63,674 nucleotides of DNA from a virus (lineage: Duplodnaviria > Caudoviricetes). Below are positions 28,801 through 35,508 of the stretch, one piece after another. A model generated the notes under the pieces. The model was not told where the DNA came from and made no database searches. It was given only the letters and a program-made list of their open reading frames with translations. Numbering within the stretch: position 1 is the first letter of the stretch; each line of letters opens with the position of its first letter. The stretch lies in IMG/VR virus record IMGVR_UViG_3300048839_000884, positions 1-63,674 of that record. One strand, given 5' to 3'. The position numbers and the translations under genes are program-made.

Positions 28801-30176
28801 TCGGGATGGTCGACCCGGTCGAGCGGATCAAGGATCGCATCGACGACGCGCTCGACACCTCGAAGTGGGGAGGCGTCAAGCGCGCCGCGCGCGATAACCC
28901 TGTCTTCCGACTCATCACGGACGCGAACGAGGCGGTCGAGAACGGCGTGCGCCTCGCCGCCTACATCGCGCTCCGGGAAGCCGCGGTGCCGCAGACCAAG
29001 GCGGCATCCATCGTCCGGAACCTGACGACGAACTTCAACCGCCGCGGCGAGTACGGGCCGGCGATCAACGCCCTCTACATCTTCTTCAATGCCTCGCTCC
29101 AAGGCACGACGAGGATGCTCCACTCGATCCGCCGGTCGAGGACGACGCAGGCCATCGTCGTGTCTCTCGTCGGCGCCGGCTTCGCCATGGACGCCTTCAA
29201 CATCCTCGTCTCTGAACTGTTCGGCGACGACGACGAGGAGAAGCGCGCCTACGACGAGATTCCGGACTACGTGAAGGAGCGGAACTTCGTCCTGATGATT
29301 CCGGGGACGAAGGAGTATCTGAAGCTCCCTCTGGCCTTCGGCTACTCGTGGTTCTACAACACCGGCCGCCTCGTTTCGGCGACGATGCGCGGGGCTGTAG
29401 AGCCGGGCGAGGCGGCCAAGCAGACCGTTCTCTCCGCGCTCGATGCCTTCAACCCCATGGGCACCGCGCCGAGTATTGGGCAGTACATCACGCCGACGCT
29501 CGCCGACCCTGCGGTCCAGATCGGCGAGAACCTGAACTTCTTCGGCTCGCCGATCCGGCCGGAGAACTTCGACCGCTCGGTGCCGGCGTCGCAGACGGCC
29601 TACGATAGCGTCGGCGCGCCGTGGCGCGTGATTGCCGAAGGACTGAACAGCATCACCGGCGGCACGGCCGGGCGGCCGGGCGCCATCGACGTGAGCCCGG
29701 AGGACATCGAGCACATCGTCGAGTTCGCGACCGGCGGCGCGGGGCGGTTCATCGCCAACACGATCAAGGCTGGCGGGGCCTTGCTGGGCGCCACGGACAC
29801 CGAATGGCTTCCGGAAAAGACCCCGATCCTCAACTCCTTCTACGGCTCCGGCGGCACGGTGCAGGCGCAGCGCGACGCCTTCTACCGGGCATGGCGCGAA
29901 GTCGATCAGGCGGACCACGAGGTCAAGGAGTTGAAGAAGCGCGGCGACATCGAAATGATGCGCCAGCGCCAGCGCGAGTACCGCACCGAGATCGCCGCCT
30001 ACCCGCACTTCTCGAAGGTCTACAAGGAGCTTGGCGAGATCCGGCGGGAGAAGTCCCGCATCCGCGACAAGCTCTCCGGAGCCGAGCGGCGCACCGCGCT
30101 GGAGCGGCTGGAGGAGCGGGAGAAGCGGCTCATCAGCGGCGTCATGCGCCGGCTTGAGGTCGAGGAGGCGAACTGA
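16839..30176 (+). CDS. Giant DarB-like polyvalent virion protein (4445 aa): inorganic-pyrophosphatase-like, N6-adenine MTase, strawberry-notch-type SF2 helicase, metallopeptidase, second SAM-MTase and LPD38-like domains
   Basis: GNYQKGH..DGDHLDVF..FDEHKV (~19140-19450); EPTAGNG/NPPF (~20820-21010); GDQTGVGKGR, DESH, QMLGRIHRTGQ (~22650-24300); HEIGH..EAEAF (~26440-26600); LDYGAGLG..NVLNV (~26960-27140); NFNRRGE..FFNASLQG (~29030-29105). Confidence 0.85.
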   Translation: MADDVFRRRLEELMLRDFGVANVGAVPLPGFEDRLPDIPAEDPPPRPRPRPTDPATEIPSLDELIGDRTTAPRPKSKPSSPMDGIPTLEEMTGARVPTGYVDSALNALGRGWNQAQQGIAVIGESTGLLTPAEAARDLVQNQRDLEQYPTSADEDQAWKDWENAKGFWESAGVALSNPFDIAAQTMISSLPHSIPSVAGGLAGAAGGTMAGGPVGGTAGLVGGMFAGGIAPEYAASLLDVMREEGVDTNDELSIQKAFEDPLLMARAKAEALRRGVAVSAFDAATALVGGKLVPAAVKRGISKPLTTLLAGGIEMAGGAAGEAAGQLAAKGEITDAGDIGLEAIAEGPGIVTDTGVAAATEAINRGVQPSAPAPAPAPAPTTAAPTAPPAPTTAGPTQMVISDPGGPRDGQVVTVDPNQPQDQPTLIVTDDQGRQFRVGKRVLTESGAAPPMAAPVGAGSQAAGGPPPTPQASPAPSSPSAITPEQRALLRNMGYPDDDIDVMDPEQARYEAEAALEDGVTATPDDIERARVYQPPAAEPIIMGDEEDERGVPLDQRGDPVVGTTEDAPGVPSGDGNTGPGGRGGAGVGDVPVRPDAPVGGVPDAEGLDPQSGARPAQQDTAGRVPVGSPVVEPGRTGPEESPEDDVTVDDINDLDMDPDAMRRRLEKAGVDPDRAVLIATGAQTDEAGNDIMLDSAEERRLYEVIVDEIRERRAAARQAAVDAPMPPATVPEGTGTRKRPAKVTTEDDLAPAREVVAEPTDAQAQAGNYQKGHVRIAGMDVSIETPKGGTRRSKDPANPWEAVSPADYGYFKNTTGKDGDHLDVFIGPKPDNGQAFVIDQYDPATGRFDEHKVVLGVDSAEEAQALYDAAFSDGSGPTRRGGIKAMSTDDLRGRLAVRKSLGRRPLGGPRPQAPAPAPAPAAPPAAPTNPAQVEGAGRPNVWARGSELQGRDLDTVLATLADEGYSDDEIATRGVAGWLGEDDPSPDPVDIPMPPIADMARAKIYDGKSDERVLRELRDDGYPEEQIVSEAIPAIEKVRRELADEAERNKARADEKKAKAAEAATAAESPQLTNRQKAEAGRVWDSLSPGERLRQIADAGIYADDQSSRNASQSSWDELAPGIRENVARELLIPKPPRPTPTQDPKDFALDYVRDKGTMVGLGTAMIDAGYEPDVVEDAARAAQESMNAPAKPDAADDEETIPEGVWEEARDALVGALIERIDGEGMTIVEARKIAREVDPSLTNKQVEELVEAAMVDIGRSTARGAQNRGRAPLDVFRSFVRLYSVQPRLDQRTSTSMEQQAYSTPLPLAYLAANLAEIGPKDTVYEPTAGNGMLLITASPSNIIANELNPDRFASLERSLPSANLHQGDAMAYAPSEKVDAVITNPPFGKVKRDDQTSVRWNIDGRFTPLVDHAIAWRALKSMRKGGRAVLIIGGQRGTTDERRNGYRNDDVRAFFKKLYDAYNVVDHFTVDGKLYERQGASWPVDVIVIDGQGASKFSYPMAEPPPIYSSWDALEEKFDDRVATPRKPEERGSGADTGPAGAADAGPVSSPVGRPDRPAGQEGGGQEGGVPASGGAAGGRGADAEPAARGGRDADGGAQQRPDRSGGVADGAGAAAGTGARSGSREGAGGGDAGGVSGRGLPVDPEVEAAFDEAMAEVFGEPAAEPDEASEAAEALDEVAKALSAAAKRIGGKKKKASTAPAAEPAPEPTVGEAAASAVSNAATGLDEVASGLFQLFGGPKVSSGFSFDEETWAKAKPLFLSGLSHMRAAGRDVVDMMKALLRYLQEKANFTADMVRAMRPYITRVITEVKAGVLAIPQAQVDPASQKKATKEKVRRENLERETTYQVAYEPTSAARFAVGTLVPNNMQTAIKDSLAKLSERVGDIDEYVAGKLGYTLDELLGTDSKPGYFSAEQVDALALAISNVEDGGGFIIGDQTGVGKGRFVAAMIRYAMRAGKIPVFFTKQPGLYGDMVRDLRDIGMAGIEKRIFLTNKDLTGSKTIPLSEDPTDVLRSPTAAQMTRALAQMQNGGTLGPEFDVVFTTYAQVNFGGKGKPYDRHHALRGIAPSAMFILDESHLAGGSDAKPQVDKATGNPIPRRQDFVRELLGASQGAVYSSATYAKNPYVMSLYFKTALGQAMPNPERLSEVIKAGGVPLQQVVANMLVEGGQYVRRERSFDGVEMNMEQLPTDVAKADRAAETLGEVFGLDRDFMEGVRQAYIEEMASEGMSAMGDEAVGENSASSVGFANVMHNVVAQMLLALKAPAVADRAIALHKAGEKPIIALANTNESIINDFIEDQKLKEGDEAPITFNRILDRYVNRLRRIGLKDENDKRTYYYLTDDDIERLGGEAALEAFKEVERKVKEADLSGLPASPIDYVMDRLEQAGIQVDEITGRQNTLRGGVVTKRVSTDRSKKLVMNAFNAGRVNALIINKSGSTGFSLHATAAKNNDGKQRHMLLLQPDPNIDDFMQMLGRIHRTGQIKLPKYTLAISDLAVEKRVAAVLMKKMASLNANTTGGKKSAVSLEAVDFMNEYGDDVVTDFLRDNPDIAQRIAVYPPSGEEKTSSDSSIAARFTGRLAILPSAEVQRIYDEIEKTYVDYVKSLENMGINTLEARTIPLDAETKSTMEMVPARDGDGPFDAAANVETVSVARLGSPYKSDEVRKQLEDALAGRTPRQVIEEAISSLRDKMPGYLSQIDEAIARKEEERDSTESEARQGRANVAIDHLQKKRAEAEAALESVIDMLRTMAPGNTGNLGVNIGEVSANLPAVILDIDTRRVRANPTAKSAIIIRVAIGDASRELRAPLSKFRPAVLAANSDVAEDLPTGYFFIPNGGNIAGSPPKVVATIGENETPVYVGDRIRVDSYSTGQFEGTITEAAPYGQVRVQNYREPVSSWQIAEVTKEGPREWGPADEASLSFWDNNVDQDDTQTREERQIITGNLLAGFETFRRGQFIFYTTSAGEVRQGILMPRNFDAQRELDSQAFRFSSAETAAQFLFDGPRAMRMILSEDGLFSASMNDAGGFAMNVRVQGGRPWMLLRPARDAFAGDFEQRRGQPLAKLTVMSRERFVRGLKAYEENLGAVFITNANRAEARAVEDAAASRGQNESASIRGRASARAAVPKPAVALSDEQREIVNMVSSIVGFAAPVGFESEIRVRGFGAQQWGVDETSADGSFNWTTNVIKIAMDGPDRRRAARHEIGHALQTLYTDQERAVLKAEIDRLREFVRSHPEGHPDIATASPAEVEAEAFALYWADRQAQRPTGSGIHIVIRRAWERIIATFGRVRNALQGRGYQTAEDVFKRALAGGMRRRDRNPMSAAQRRYLFGTGEPEASPAAPQPGSGTTQVATTAGSYRKAAAIIAGMGGRRVLDYGAGLGLGSDAMSERGLDVSSFEPNPQRWSGKTPVTFTDSDQITGQYDGVVSLNVLNVLEPELRDEVTADILARVAPGGSALIGARRWEGDVGATKNAEVTGEPDAIWVNKSGVRVYQKGFSGNELVDYVTRMAGEGWTVRRVNGIGAVGVIATRSADMVSAVRRLRPGQQINTPVAPTPQQTLAQAQAVLQRTRRHFSGLSRMDKLRVKVQDRFLAVRRDQERMVASGFQMRAANDTYEAEERFPGKAGERIALLEERALQPFVRHLRESGISIEELDDYLIARHAEERTDRIAQITNGQNMEGAGVDLQSANDVLADVAADARHQDFLRAAAMIDKVIRDTRDRQFQSGLISREEYDSLRTMYQHYVPLRGWEADPELAEDQPLGTGRGFDIRGKENKAAFGRTTKSDSPTAYVFMAAQQSIIRSEKNRVLRTFLRYVDEVNDPTRFERVKGQYRKRINPRTGFVEVYFVPAQAMDDRDMVSIKQGGREIRVRVHDRDILRALQQFGSVEVNGFLRGLMRVARIYAQLQTQWNPSFIVPNFFRDVETALINISDVENLPPGTRRRLTGKLGKSIWGIMKALRESRKTGRPPTGAVGQFYEEFRLAGGKVSFGMVDPVERIKDRIDDALDTSKWGGVKRAARDNPVFRLITDANEAVENGVRLAAYIALREAAVPQTKAASIVRNLTTNFNRRGEYGPAINALYIFFNASLQGTTRMLHSIRRSRTTQAIVVSLVGAGFAMDAFNILVSELFGDDDEEKRAYDEIPDYVKERNFVLMIPGTKEYLKLPLAFGYSWFYNTGRLVSATMRGAVEPGEAAKQTVLSALDAFNPMGTAPSIGQYITPTLADPAVQIGENLNFFGSPIRPENFDRSVPASQTAYDSVGAPWRVIAEGLNSITGGTAGRPGAIDVSPEDIEHIVEFATGGAGRFIANTIKAGGALLGATDTEWLPEKTPILNSFYGSGGTVQAQRDAFYRAWREVDQADHEVKELKKRGDIEMMRQRQREYRTEIAAYPHFSKVYKELGEIRREKSRIRDKLSGAERRTALERLEEREKRLISGVMRRLEVEEAN
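18481..18732 (+). CDS. Putative overprinted gene (+1 frame, 83 aa) inside the giant protein
   Basis: GGGGACGAGGAAG before ATG; globular-looking product; host frame becomes G/P/R low-complexity with A/T-ending codons. Confidence 0.5.
   Translation: MSEAYRSTSEATRSSGPLRMHRAYLLETAIPDPVAVAVLASGTYQYGPMRRLVESPTPKDWILNLVLDPRNRIPQDEFLSALL
21406..21780 (+). CDS. Putative overprinted gene (+1 frame, 124 aa) inside the giant protein
   Basis: GGAGGAG RBS; nearly all codons end in G/C in this frame; helical product; host frame is a G/A/R linker. Confidence 0.7.
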   Translation: MIAWQPPGSQRNAGAVLIPDPPARLTPDQYRALLADRIDRLVRKVEDKKEAYRLLEERLVGEGLTLNQRLAVAGMLMAEHSNALIGAAGSPTAPVPRRELEHDPALAKALEEETLEEFLDAVYQ

Positions 30177-33082
30177 TGCGCGCGTCGTGGCAGGACATCA
30201 GCGCCATCGCGGATGCGATCTACGCCGAGGCCCGCGGCGACGGTGTGCGCTCGATGCGCGCGGTCGGCCACGTCGTCATGAACCGGGCGGCCATCGCCGG
30301 CGTTTCGCCGGCGCAGGCGGCCTATGCGGAGGCGCAGTTCTCCGGACTCATGCCGGGCGACCCGAACCGGGACGTCGTCGAGAAGGCCGACCTGTCGGAC
30401 CCGGCCTACGCCAAGGCGGTTCAGATCGCCACCGAGATCGCCTCCAAGCAGTCCGTCGACCCGACCGACGGGGCGACCTACTACCACACGACGACGATCA
30501 AGCCGGATTGGTCGGGCTCGCAGGAGTTCGAGGACGTCGGCACCATCGGCTCCCACCAGTTCTACAAGGCGCCCGAGCGCGAGGTCCGCGCGGTCACGCG
30601 GCAGGCGGCCGTCGACATGCCGGCCCGCGACGAGGCGTTCGTCACCGGGCTCCAGCAGGCCGTCTCGCAGGTCGCCGCGGCGCCGGTAGACGCCGAGACG
30701 GGCGAGTTCGTCTTCGCCGAGGCGTCGCCGCGGCCCTACGATCAGACGGAGGAGCGCCCGGACCCGCCGTCCACCTTCATGGCCTACGCCGGCATGACGC
30801 CGGCCAGCGCCAAGACGGAGCGTCAGATCGACGCCATGACGCCGGAGGGGCAGGCGCTCCTCTCGCAGACCGAGGCGAACCTGTCCCGCATGGGCGAGCT
30901 TGGCTACGAGGTGCCCGAGCAGAGCGTCGTCACCAGCGGGATGCGCGACTACAGCACGGACCGCAGGACTCACCCGACGGGTGGCGCCTTCGATCTCCGC
31001 ACCCGCGGGCTGACGGACGATCAGGTGCGCTCGACCGCGCTCGCGGCGCTCGGCGCCGGCGCGCAGGGGCTCGGCGTCTTCGACGGCAACAAGGACCGGT
31101 TCGCGACCCACATGCACGTCGACAACGTCGGCGCATGGGGGCCGGACGTGGCGCTCGGCTCCGCCGTCCCGGCCGACATCCGGAACACCGTGCGCGGCGC
31201 CGGCGTGCGCCCGACCGGGGAGAAGATCGCCGAGGCGCTACAGGCGGGCGTCGTCCTCCCGGACGGCACCCTCTCGCCCGACTTCGTCACGCAGGGCACG
31301 ATCCCGCGCGAGGGACCGCGGGCGCGGCCGGAGCCGGAGGCGATGGTCGCCGATCTCGGGGCGGGGATGCCGTCGTGGGCGGCTGAGGGGATGGCTGCGC
31401 CCTACGCCGAGGAGGAGATGGTCGCCGCGGTGCCGGAGATGGATCCGGGGCAGCGGGTGACGCAGGCGTGGAACGAGATGGCCGGCGACATCCGGACGCT
31501 CCCGCGGGAGTCGATGATCGGCGCCATGGCGGACGAGATGCCGGTCGACGTCCCGGCGCCGGACTACGCCGGCGACGGCCTCGCCACGCCCTACGCCCCG
31601 GACGAGAGGATGGTCCGGACCGAATCCATGCCGGCCGACATCGCCGGCCGCGTCGAGCAGGGCTTCGGTGCCTTCGGCGGCGACATCAAGACATTGCCCT
31701 CGCCCGGCCTCATGGCGGCCCAAGCGGCGCCCGTAGAGACCGTTCCGGGGTATGACCCCCTCTCCTCTCCCATGGTGCCCCAGCAAGCTCCTGTGGCCCC
31801 GCAATACGATCCCCTGTCGTCGCCCATGGCGCCGGGTCCGATCCCGACGGCGCGTCCGGGCGGCCCCGCCCCTCCGCTCACCGGCCCGAACACGGTCGCG
31901 GCGGCTCCGATTCCGGCCGTGCCGGCGGCGCCGGTGGCCCCCGTCGACGAGGAAGCCGACATCGTCGGCGCCGTCCCGGACCCCACCACGGCGACGCGGC
32001 CGGACGACATCGGCCATCTGACGGGCGACTACAGCGTCGCCGCGGCCGGCACTCCGATCCCACCGGACCGGCCGGAGCGCGACACTTTCATGGGGAACAT
32101 CATCGGGCAGGGCTTCGGCATGGTCGGCGGCGGCATCATGGCCGGTATCCCCGGCGCCATGCTCGGCCGGAAGGTCGGCGGCGCGCTCGGGCGCGGCGCG
32201 TCCCGGCTCGGGCTCGGCGACTGGATGGACGACGTCGTGCAGGCCGACCCGCGGCTGGAGGCCGGCATCGAGGCCGGCTGGTCGTCGCCGGACGGCTCGC
32301 TGAACAGCGAGTGGGACGACAAGCGGTACTGGTCGGAGATCAGCAAGAACGGCTACACGAACAACGAGCGTAACATCCAGCTTGCCATGTCGCGGGAGCA
32401 GCGCGAGCGCGCGGCGGCCGGCCAGAAGACGTGGGCCGACGCCTTCGGGATCAATCAGGACACCTCGATCCTCGACGCCGGCAAGGACGCGCTCGGCAGG
32501 ATGGTCTCGGATCTCGCTGCGCCTATCGTCGACCCGATCAAGGAGAACGTGACGACGCCGATCCGCGAGGCGTGGGAGGACAACGTCACCGAGCCGATCA
32601 AGACGAACGTCACCGAGCCGATCAAGTCGGCGGTGCGCGGCGTGACCGACCCGATCCGGTCGACCGTGCGCGGCGTGACGTCGGCCATCACCACGCCGAT
32701 CTCCAACACGGTCGATGCGGCCACGGAATCCATCGGCGAGGCGACGAAGTCGGTCCTCTCCGACGTGACGTCGTCGGTGTCTTCGTCGAACGTGACCCCG
32801 CCGACCGACCCGCAGCGCATGGAGGCGCAGCGGACGGTCGAGAAGGCGTCCGAGCAGGCGGCCGAGCAGGCGGCCGAATCGCAGTCCTCGTCCTCGTCGT
32901 CCGACTCCTCGTCCTCGTCGTCCGGCGACAGCGCAGGATCCGGGAACCCGAACGAGAATGGCGGCGGTGGCAGCGACGAGGAGAGCCGGAACACGAACGG
33001 CACGGGCGGGCTCTATTCTCTGGAGATGCGCGACAAGGAGCGCCGCAGGAACCGAGGCGGCCCGGTCAGCGTCACGATCTAG
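30176..33082 (+). CDS. Virion-associated peptidoglycan hydrolase (SleB/Hydrolase_2 domain plus Peptidase M15-like domain, long low-complexity tail)
   Basis: IYAEARGD..AVGHVVMNR..QFS..DPTDGATYYH..IGSHQFY; VTSGMR..HPTGGAFD..HMHVD. Confidence 0.8.
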   Translation: MRASWQDISAIADAIYAEARGDGVRSMRAVGHVVMNRAAIAGVSPAQAAYAEAQFSGLMPGDPNRDVVEKADLSDPAYAKAVQIATEIASKQSVDPTDGATYYHTTTIKPDWSGSQEFEDVGTIGSHQFYKAPEREVRAVTRQAAVDMPARDEAFVTGLQQAVSQVAAAPVDAETGEFVFAEASPRPYDQTEERPDPPSTFMAYAGMTPASAKTERQIDAMTPEGQALLSQTEANLSRMGELGYEVPEQSVVTSGMRDYSTDRRTHPTGGAFDLRTRGLTDDQVRSTALAALGAGAQGLGVFDGNKDRFATHMHVDNVGAWGPDVALGSAVPADIRNTVRGAGVRPTGEKIAEALQAGVVLPDGTLSPDFVTQGTIPREGPRARPEPEAMVADLGAGMPSWAAEGMAAPYAEEEMVAAVPEMDPGQRVTQAWNEMAGDIRTLPRESMIGAMADEMPVDVPAPDYAGDGLATPYAPDERMVRTESMPADIAGRVEQGFGAFGGDIKTLPSPGLMAAQAAPVETVPGYDPLSSPMVPQQAPVAPQYDPLSSPMAPGPIPTARPGGPAPPLTGPNTVAAAPIPAVPAAPVAPVDEEADIVGAVPDPTTATRPDDIGHLTGDYSVAAAGTPIPPDRPERDTFMGNIIGQGFGMVGGGIMAGIPGAMLGRKVGGALGRGASRLGLGDWMDDVVQADPRLEAGIEAGWSSPDGSLNSEWDDKRYWSEISKNGYTNNERNIQLAMSREQRERAAAGQKTWADAFGINQDTSILDAGKDALGRMVSDLAAPIVDPIKENVTTPIREAWEDNVTEPIKTNVTEPIKSAVRGVTDPIRSTVRGVTSAITTPISNTVDAATESIGEATKSVLSDVTSSVSSSNVTPPTDPQRMEAQRTVEKASEQAAEQAAESQSSSSSSDSSSSSSGDSAGSGNPNENGGGGSDEESRNTNGTGGLYSLEMRDKERRRNRGGPVSVTI

Positions 33083-33174
33083 TTGGTGGACAGCGGCGCC
33101 TAACCGCCACGGTGCGGTAGATCGGCCACGCGATGAAGGTTCAAGGTTTTCGCGCCAAACCGACGGGGTGCCCC

Positions 33175-33423
33175 ATGAAGCTCATCGACAACTGGAAGGA
33201 AATCGCGCGCGACGCCTACTCGATGCGCTGGCTCTACCTCCTGTCCATCGTGGCCGGCATCGAGGTCGCCCTCCCGTTCTTCCTATCCGGCTTCATGGTC
33301 CCGCCGATCTGGTCGGGGCTTCTCACGCTCGTCATTGCCATCGCGGCGATGGTCGGGCGGATCACCTACCAGTCGCACCTGACGCGGCCGAAGCCGCAGG
33401 TCGAGGAGGAGCCATGGGTGTAG
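33175..33423 (+). CDS. Holin
   Basis: MKLIDNWKEIARDAYSMRW, two TM helices, precedes lysozyme. Confidence 0.75.
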   Translation: MKLIDNWKEIARDAYSMRWLYLLSIVAGIEVALPFFLSGFMVPPIWSGLLTLVIAIAAMVGRITYQSHLTRPKPQVEEEPWV

Positions 33424-33926
33424 AGCATCGCTCTCGCTTCCGCGTCGGCGCCAAGACAACGGCGGCCGGCGCGGCCATCATCGCGCTCGTCGCCGGCTTC
33501 GAGGGGCTTCGGCAGACCGTCTATGCCGACCCGGTCGGGATCCCAACCGTGTGCTTCGGCTCGACCAAGGGGCTGACCAAGGACATGGTCGGGAAGGTGA
33601 CGTTCACGCGCCCGGAGTGCGACGCCCTTCTCGTCGAGGAGATCGTCGAGCATGAGCAGCGGGTGCGAGCGTGCTTGAAGAACCCCGACTCGCTCCCGGC
33701 CGGCGTCTACGAGGCGTCCGTTTCGTTCGCCTTCAACGTGGGCACTGGTGCCTTCTGCGCTTCGACGATGAAGCGCCTTCTCGATGCCGCGAACTGGCGC
33801 GCGGCGTGCGACCAGCTTCCGAAGTGGAACAAGGCGCGCAAGCTCGGGGTGCTCATCACGCTCCCCGGCCTCACGAAGCGCCGCGCGGTCGAGCGCGAGC
33901 GGTGTCTGGAGGGCCTGCCGACATGA
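33414..33926 (+). CDS. Endolysin, GH24 lysozyme (possibly SAR type)
   Basis: GAGGAGGAG RBS; FEG..YADPVGIPTVCFGST (E-x8-D-x5-T), FAFNVG, GLTKRR; Ala/Gly-rich N-terminal segment. Confidence 0.9.
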   Translation: MGVEHRSRFRVGAKTTAAGAAIIALVAGFEGLRQTVYADPVGIPTVCFGSTKGLTKDMVGKVTFTRPECDALLVEEIVEHEQRVRACLKNPDSLPAGVYEASVSFAFNVGTGAFCASTMKRLLDAANWRAACDQLPKWNKARKLGVLITLPGLTKRRAVERERCLEGLPT

Positions 33927-34417
33927 TCCCGCTCTGGATGATCGTCGCCGGCGGCGCCGCGGCCTTCACGGTCGGGGGGGTGACAGGATTTGCCGCCGGG
34001 TGGTGGGCCGGCGACACGTCGCAGGCGATCATCACCATGCAGGAGACCTTGAAGGCGGCCGAGCTTCGGGCGGCGGCCGCCCGGCAGGAGGCCGAGATCG
34101 CGGCCGTCACCATCGCCGAGCAGACCAAGCAGATCGCGATTCTGGAGCAGACCAAGGCGACCGGCGCCCTCCTCGCGGCGCGCATCGCACGAGACGAGCG
34201 GGAGGCGCTGGATCGGGCGAGGGAACTGGAGGAGCAGATCGATGACGTCACAGCGAGACTGGAGCAGGCGCAAGCGGCTCGCGGCGGGTGCTCTTGCGTG
34301 TTCGATGATGATGATCTCCGCCGGCTGCGCTCCCTCGAAAGGACCGTCGCCCCGCCCGGTGCAAGTCGCCCTGCCAGCGACGGCGCCGCGCGTCCCGGTT
34401 CCACCGTTGCCCGCTGA
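33923..34417 (+). CDS. i-spanin (Rz-like)
   Basis: N-terminal TM helix then coiled coil; follows endolysin with ATGA overlap. Confidence 0.75.
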   Translation: MIPLWMIVAGGAAAFTVGGVTGFAAGWWAGDTSQAIITMQETLKAAELRAAAARQEAEIAAVTIAEQTKQIAILEQTKATGALLAARIARDEREALDRARELEEQIDDVTARLEQAQAARGGCSCVFDDDDLRRLRSLERTVAPPGASRPASDGAARPGSTVAR

Positions 34418-34607
34418 GGTCGCGCAGCCATGTACGCTCGGGACCATTCCCCGCAAGATGGAGGCGGCCGCGGCGCATCTGGCCGGCCGCGTCGTTGCCT
34501 GCGAGGAGAGGAGGCGCGCCGCCGTCTGCGCCTATCAGCGCGTCGAGACGGCTTTCGGTGTGGGTGCGCGCGATGACGAACGAGGAAATCCAGAAGATTG
34601 CCCATGA
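34242..34607 (+). CDS. o-spanin (Rz1-like lipoprotein), overlapping
   Basis: GGAGGAG RBS; lipobox ISAG-C, Pro-rich mature part; shifted frame within Rz. Confidence 0.7.
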   Translation: MTSQRDWSRRKRLAAGALACSMMMISAGCAPSKGPSPRPVQVALPATAPRVPVPPLPAEVAQPCTLGTIPRKMEAAAAHLAGRVVACEERRRAAVCAYQRVETAFGVGARDDERGNPEDCP

Positions 34608-34830
34608 CGCGGCCGAGCTTGCCGCGAAGAAGGCCGTGCGCGAGACCTTGACCGCGCTCGGGATCAACGGCGACAACCCGCTGGAGTTCCAAGAGCAAAT
34701 GCACTTCGTCCGGACCCTTCGGTCCGCGGCGGCAACAGTAGGCCGGCAGACCCTCACGGTCATGATCGGCGCAATCGTGATGGGTGTGCTATGGTCGGTG
34801 TGGGGGAAGATCGGGGGGCCGCCGAAATGA
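34573..34830 (+). CDS. Small membrane protein
   Basis: MTNEEIQKIAHDAAELAAKKAVRETLTALG..., C-terminal TM. Confidence 0.65.
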   Translation: MTNEEIQKIAHDAAELAAKKAVRETLTALGINGDNPLEFQEQMHFVRTLRSAAATVGRQTLTVMIGAIVMGVLWSVWGKIGGPPK

Positions 34831-35384
34831 GCGTGACCGCCGTCAAATTGATCGCCGGGACAGGAGTGTGGATCACGTTTGCACTGCTTCTCATGAGCGG
34901 TTTCTCGACGTGGTACATCATCGACCGCATCGTCAATCCGACCGATAAAGCCTTTGAAATACAGGACTTTACGGTCATAAATCCCGTCGTAGCGCCGGGC
35001 GAGGTCGTCGTCTTCTCCCTGACCGGCGCGCGCTACCACAACTGCCCGTCCATCATCGCGAGCTTCTGGATGGACGAGGACGGCGCACCGGTTACCCGGT
35101 TCCCGCCACTCACGGGTGGCTACACGCCCCTCGATCCGGACGGCTACACGATTCCGGTCCGGATCCCGGCGCCTGACCGGGACACGGTCACAGGCGAGCC
35201 TGTGCCGCCGGGGATCTACCACTACCGATCCCTCAACGCGCCGCTCTGCCGGCACCTGTCCCCGACCGAGACGCCGGACGCGGTGATCTGCCTCGTTCGC
35301 CCCGACCAGCCGAAGCCGCCCTGCGCTACTGATCCGGGCGCTCTGGAGGCCGCGGTGCAGCGATGGTCTGTCCAGTCGCCGTAG
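34827..35384 (+). CDS. Membrane-anchored hypothetical protein
   Basis: ATGA overlap, N-terminal TM, Cys-containing soluble domain. Confidence 0.65.
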   Translation: MSVTAVKLIAGTGVWITFALLLMSGFSTWYIIDRIVNPTDKAFEIQDFTVINPVVAPGEVVVFSLTGARYHNCPSIIASFWMDEDGAPVTRFPPLTGGYTPLDPDGYTIPVRIPAPDRDTVTGEPVPPGIYHYRSLNAPLCRHLSPTETPDAVICLVRPDQPKPPCATDPGALEAAVQRWSVQSP

Positions 35385-35508
35385 CGACGCCGGACCAGTA
35401 ATTCGATTCACGGGACGCGCAGCCGCCGAGAATGGCGAAGAGGACCACGGCGCCGACTGCGATGAGCAGGGCGACGTGGCTGGTCACGGCTGGATCAGGC
35501 CATCGCAT
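35326..35508 (-). CDS. Putative small lipoprotein
   Basis: AAGGAG RBS; MRWPD...VVLFAILGG-C lipobox. Confidence 0.45.
   Translation of the reverse strand: MRWPDPAVTSHVALLIAVGAVVLFAILGGCASRESNYWSGVATATGQTIAAPRPPERPDQ

Noticed and set aside
16395-30008. Very long antisense ORFs (16395-19433, 22947-26552, 26958-30008, also 11395-13320, 57912-60062, 60728-63076)
   Set aside because: Shadow ORFs of high-GC coding strands: no RBS, no motifs, R/V/D/G-rich mirror composition.
33079-33170. Shared late-promoter motif (TGGTGGA(C/T)A at ~33084 and ~57941)
   Set aside because: Only two short matches; could be chance.
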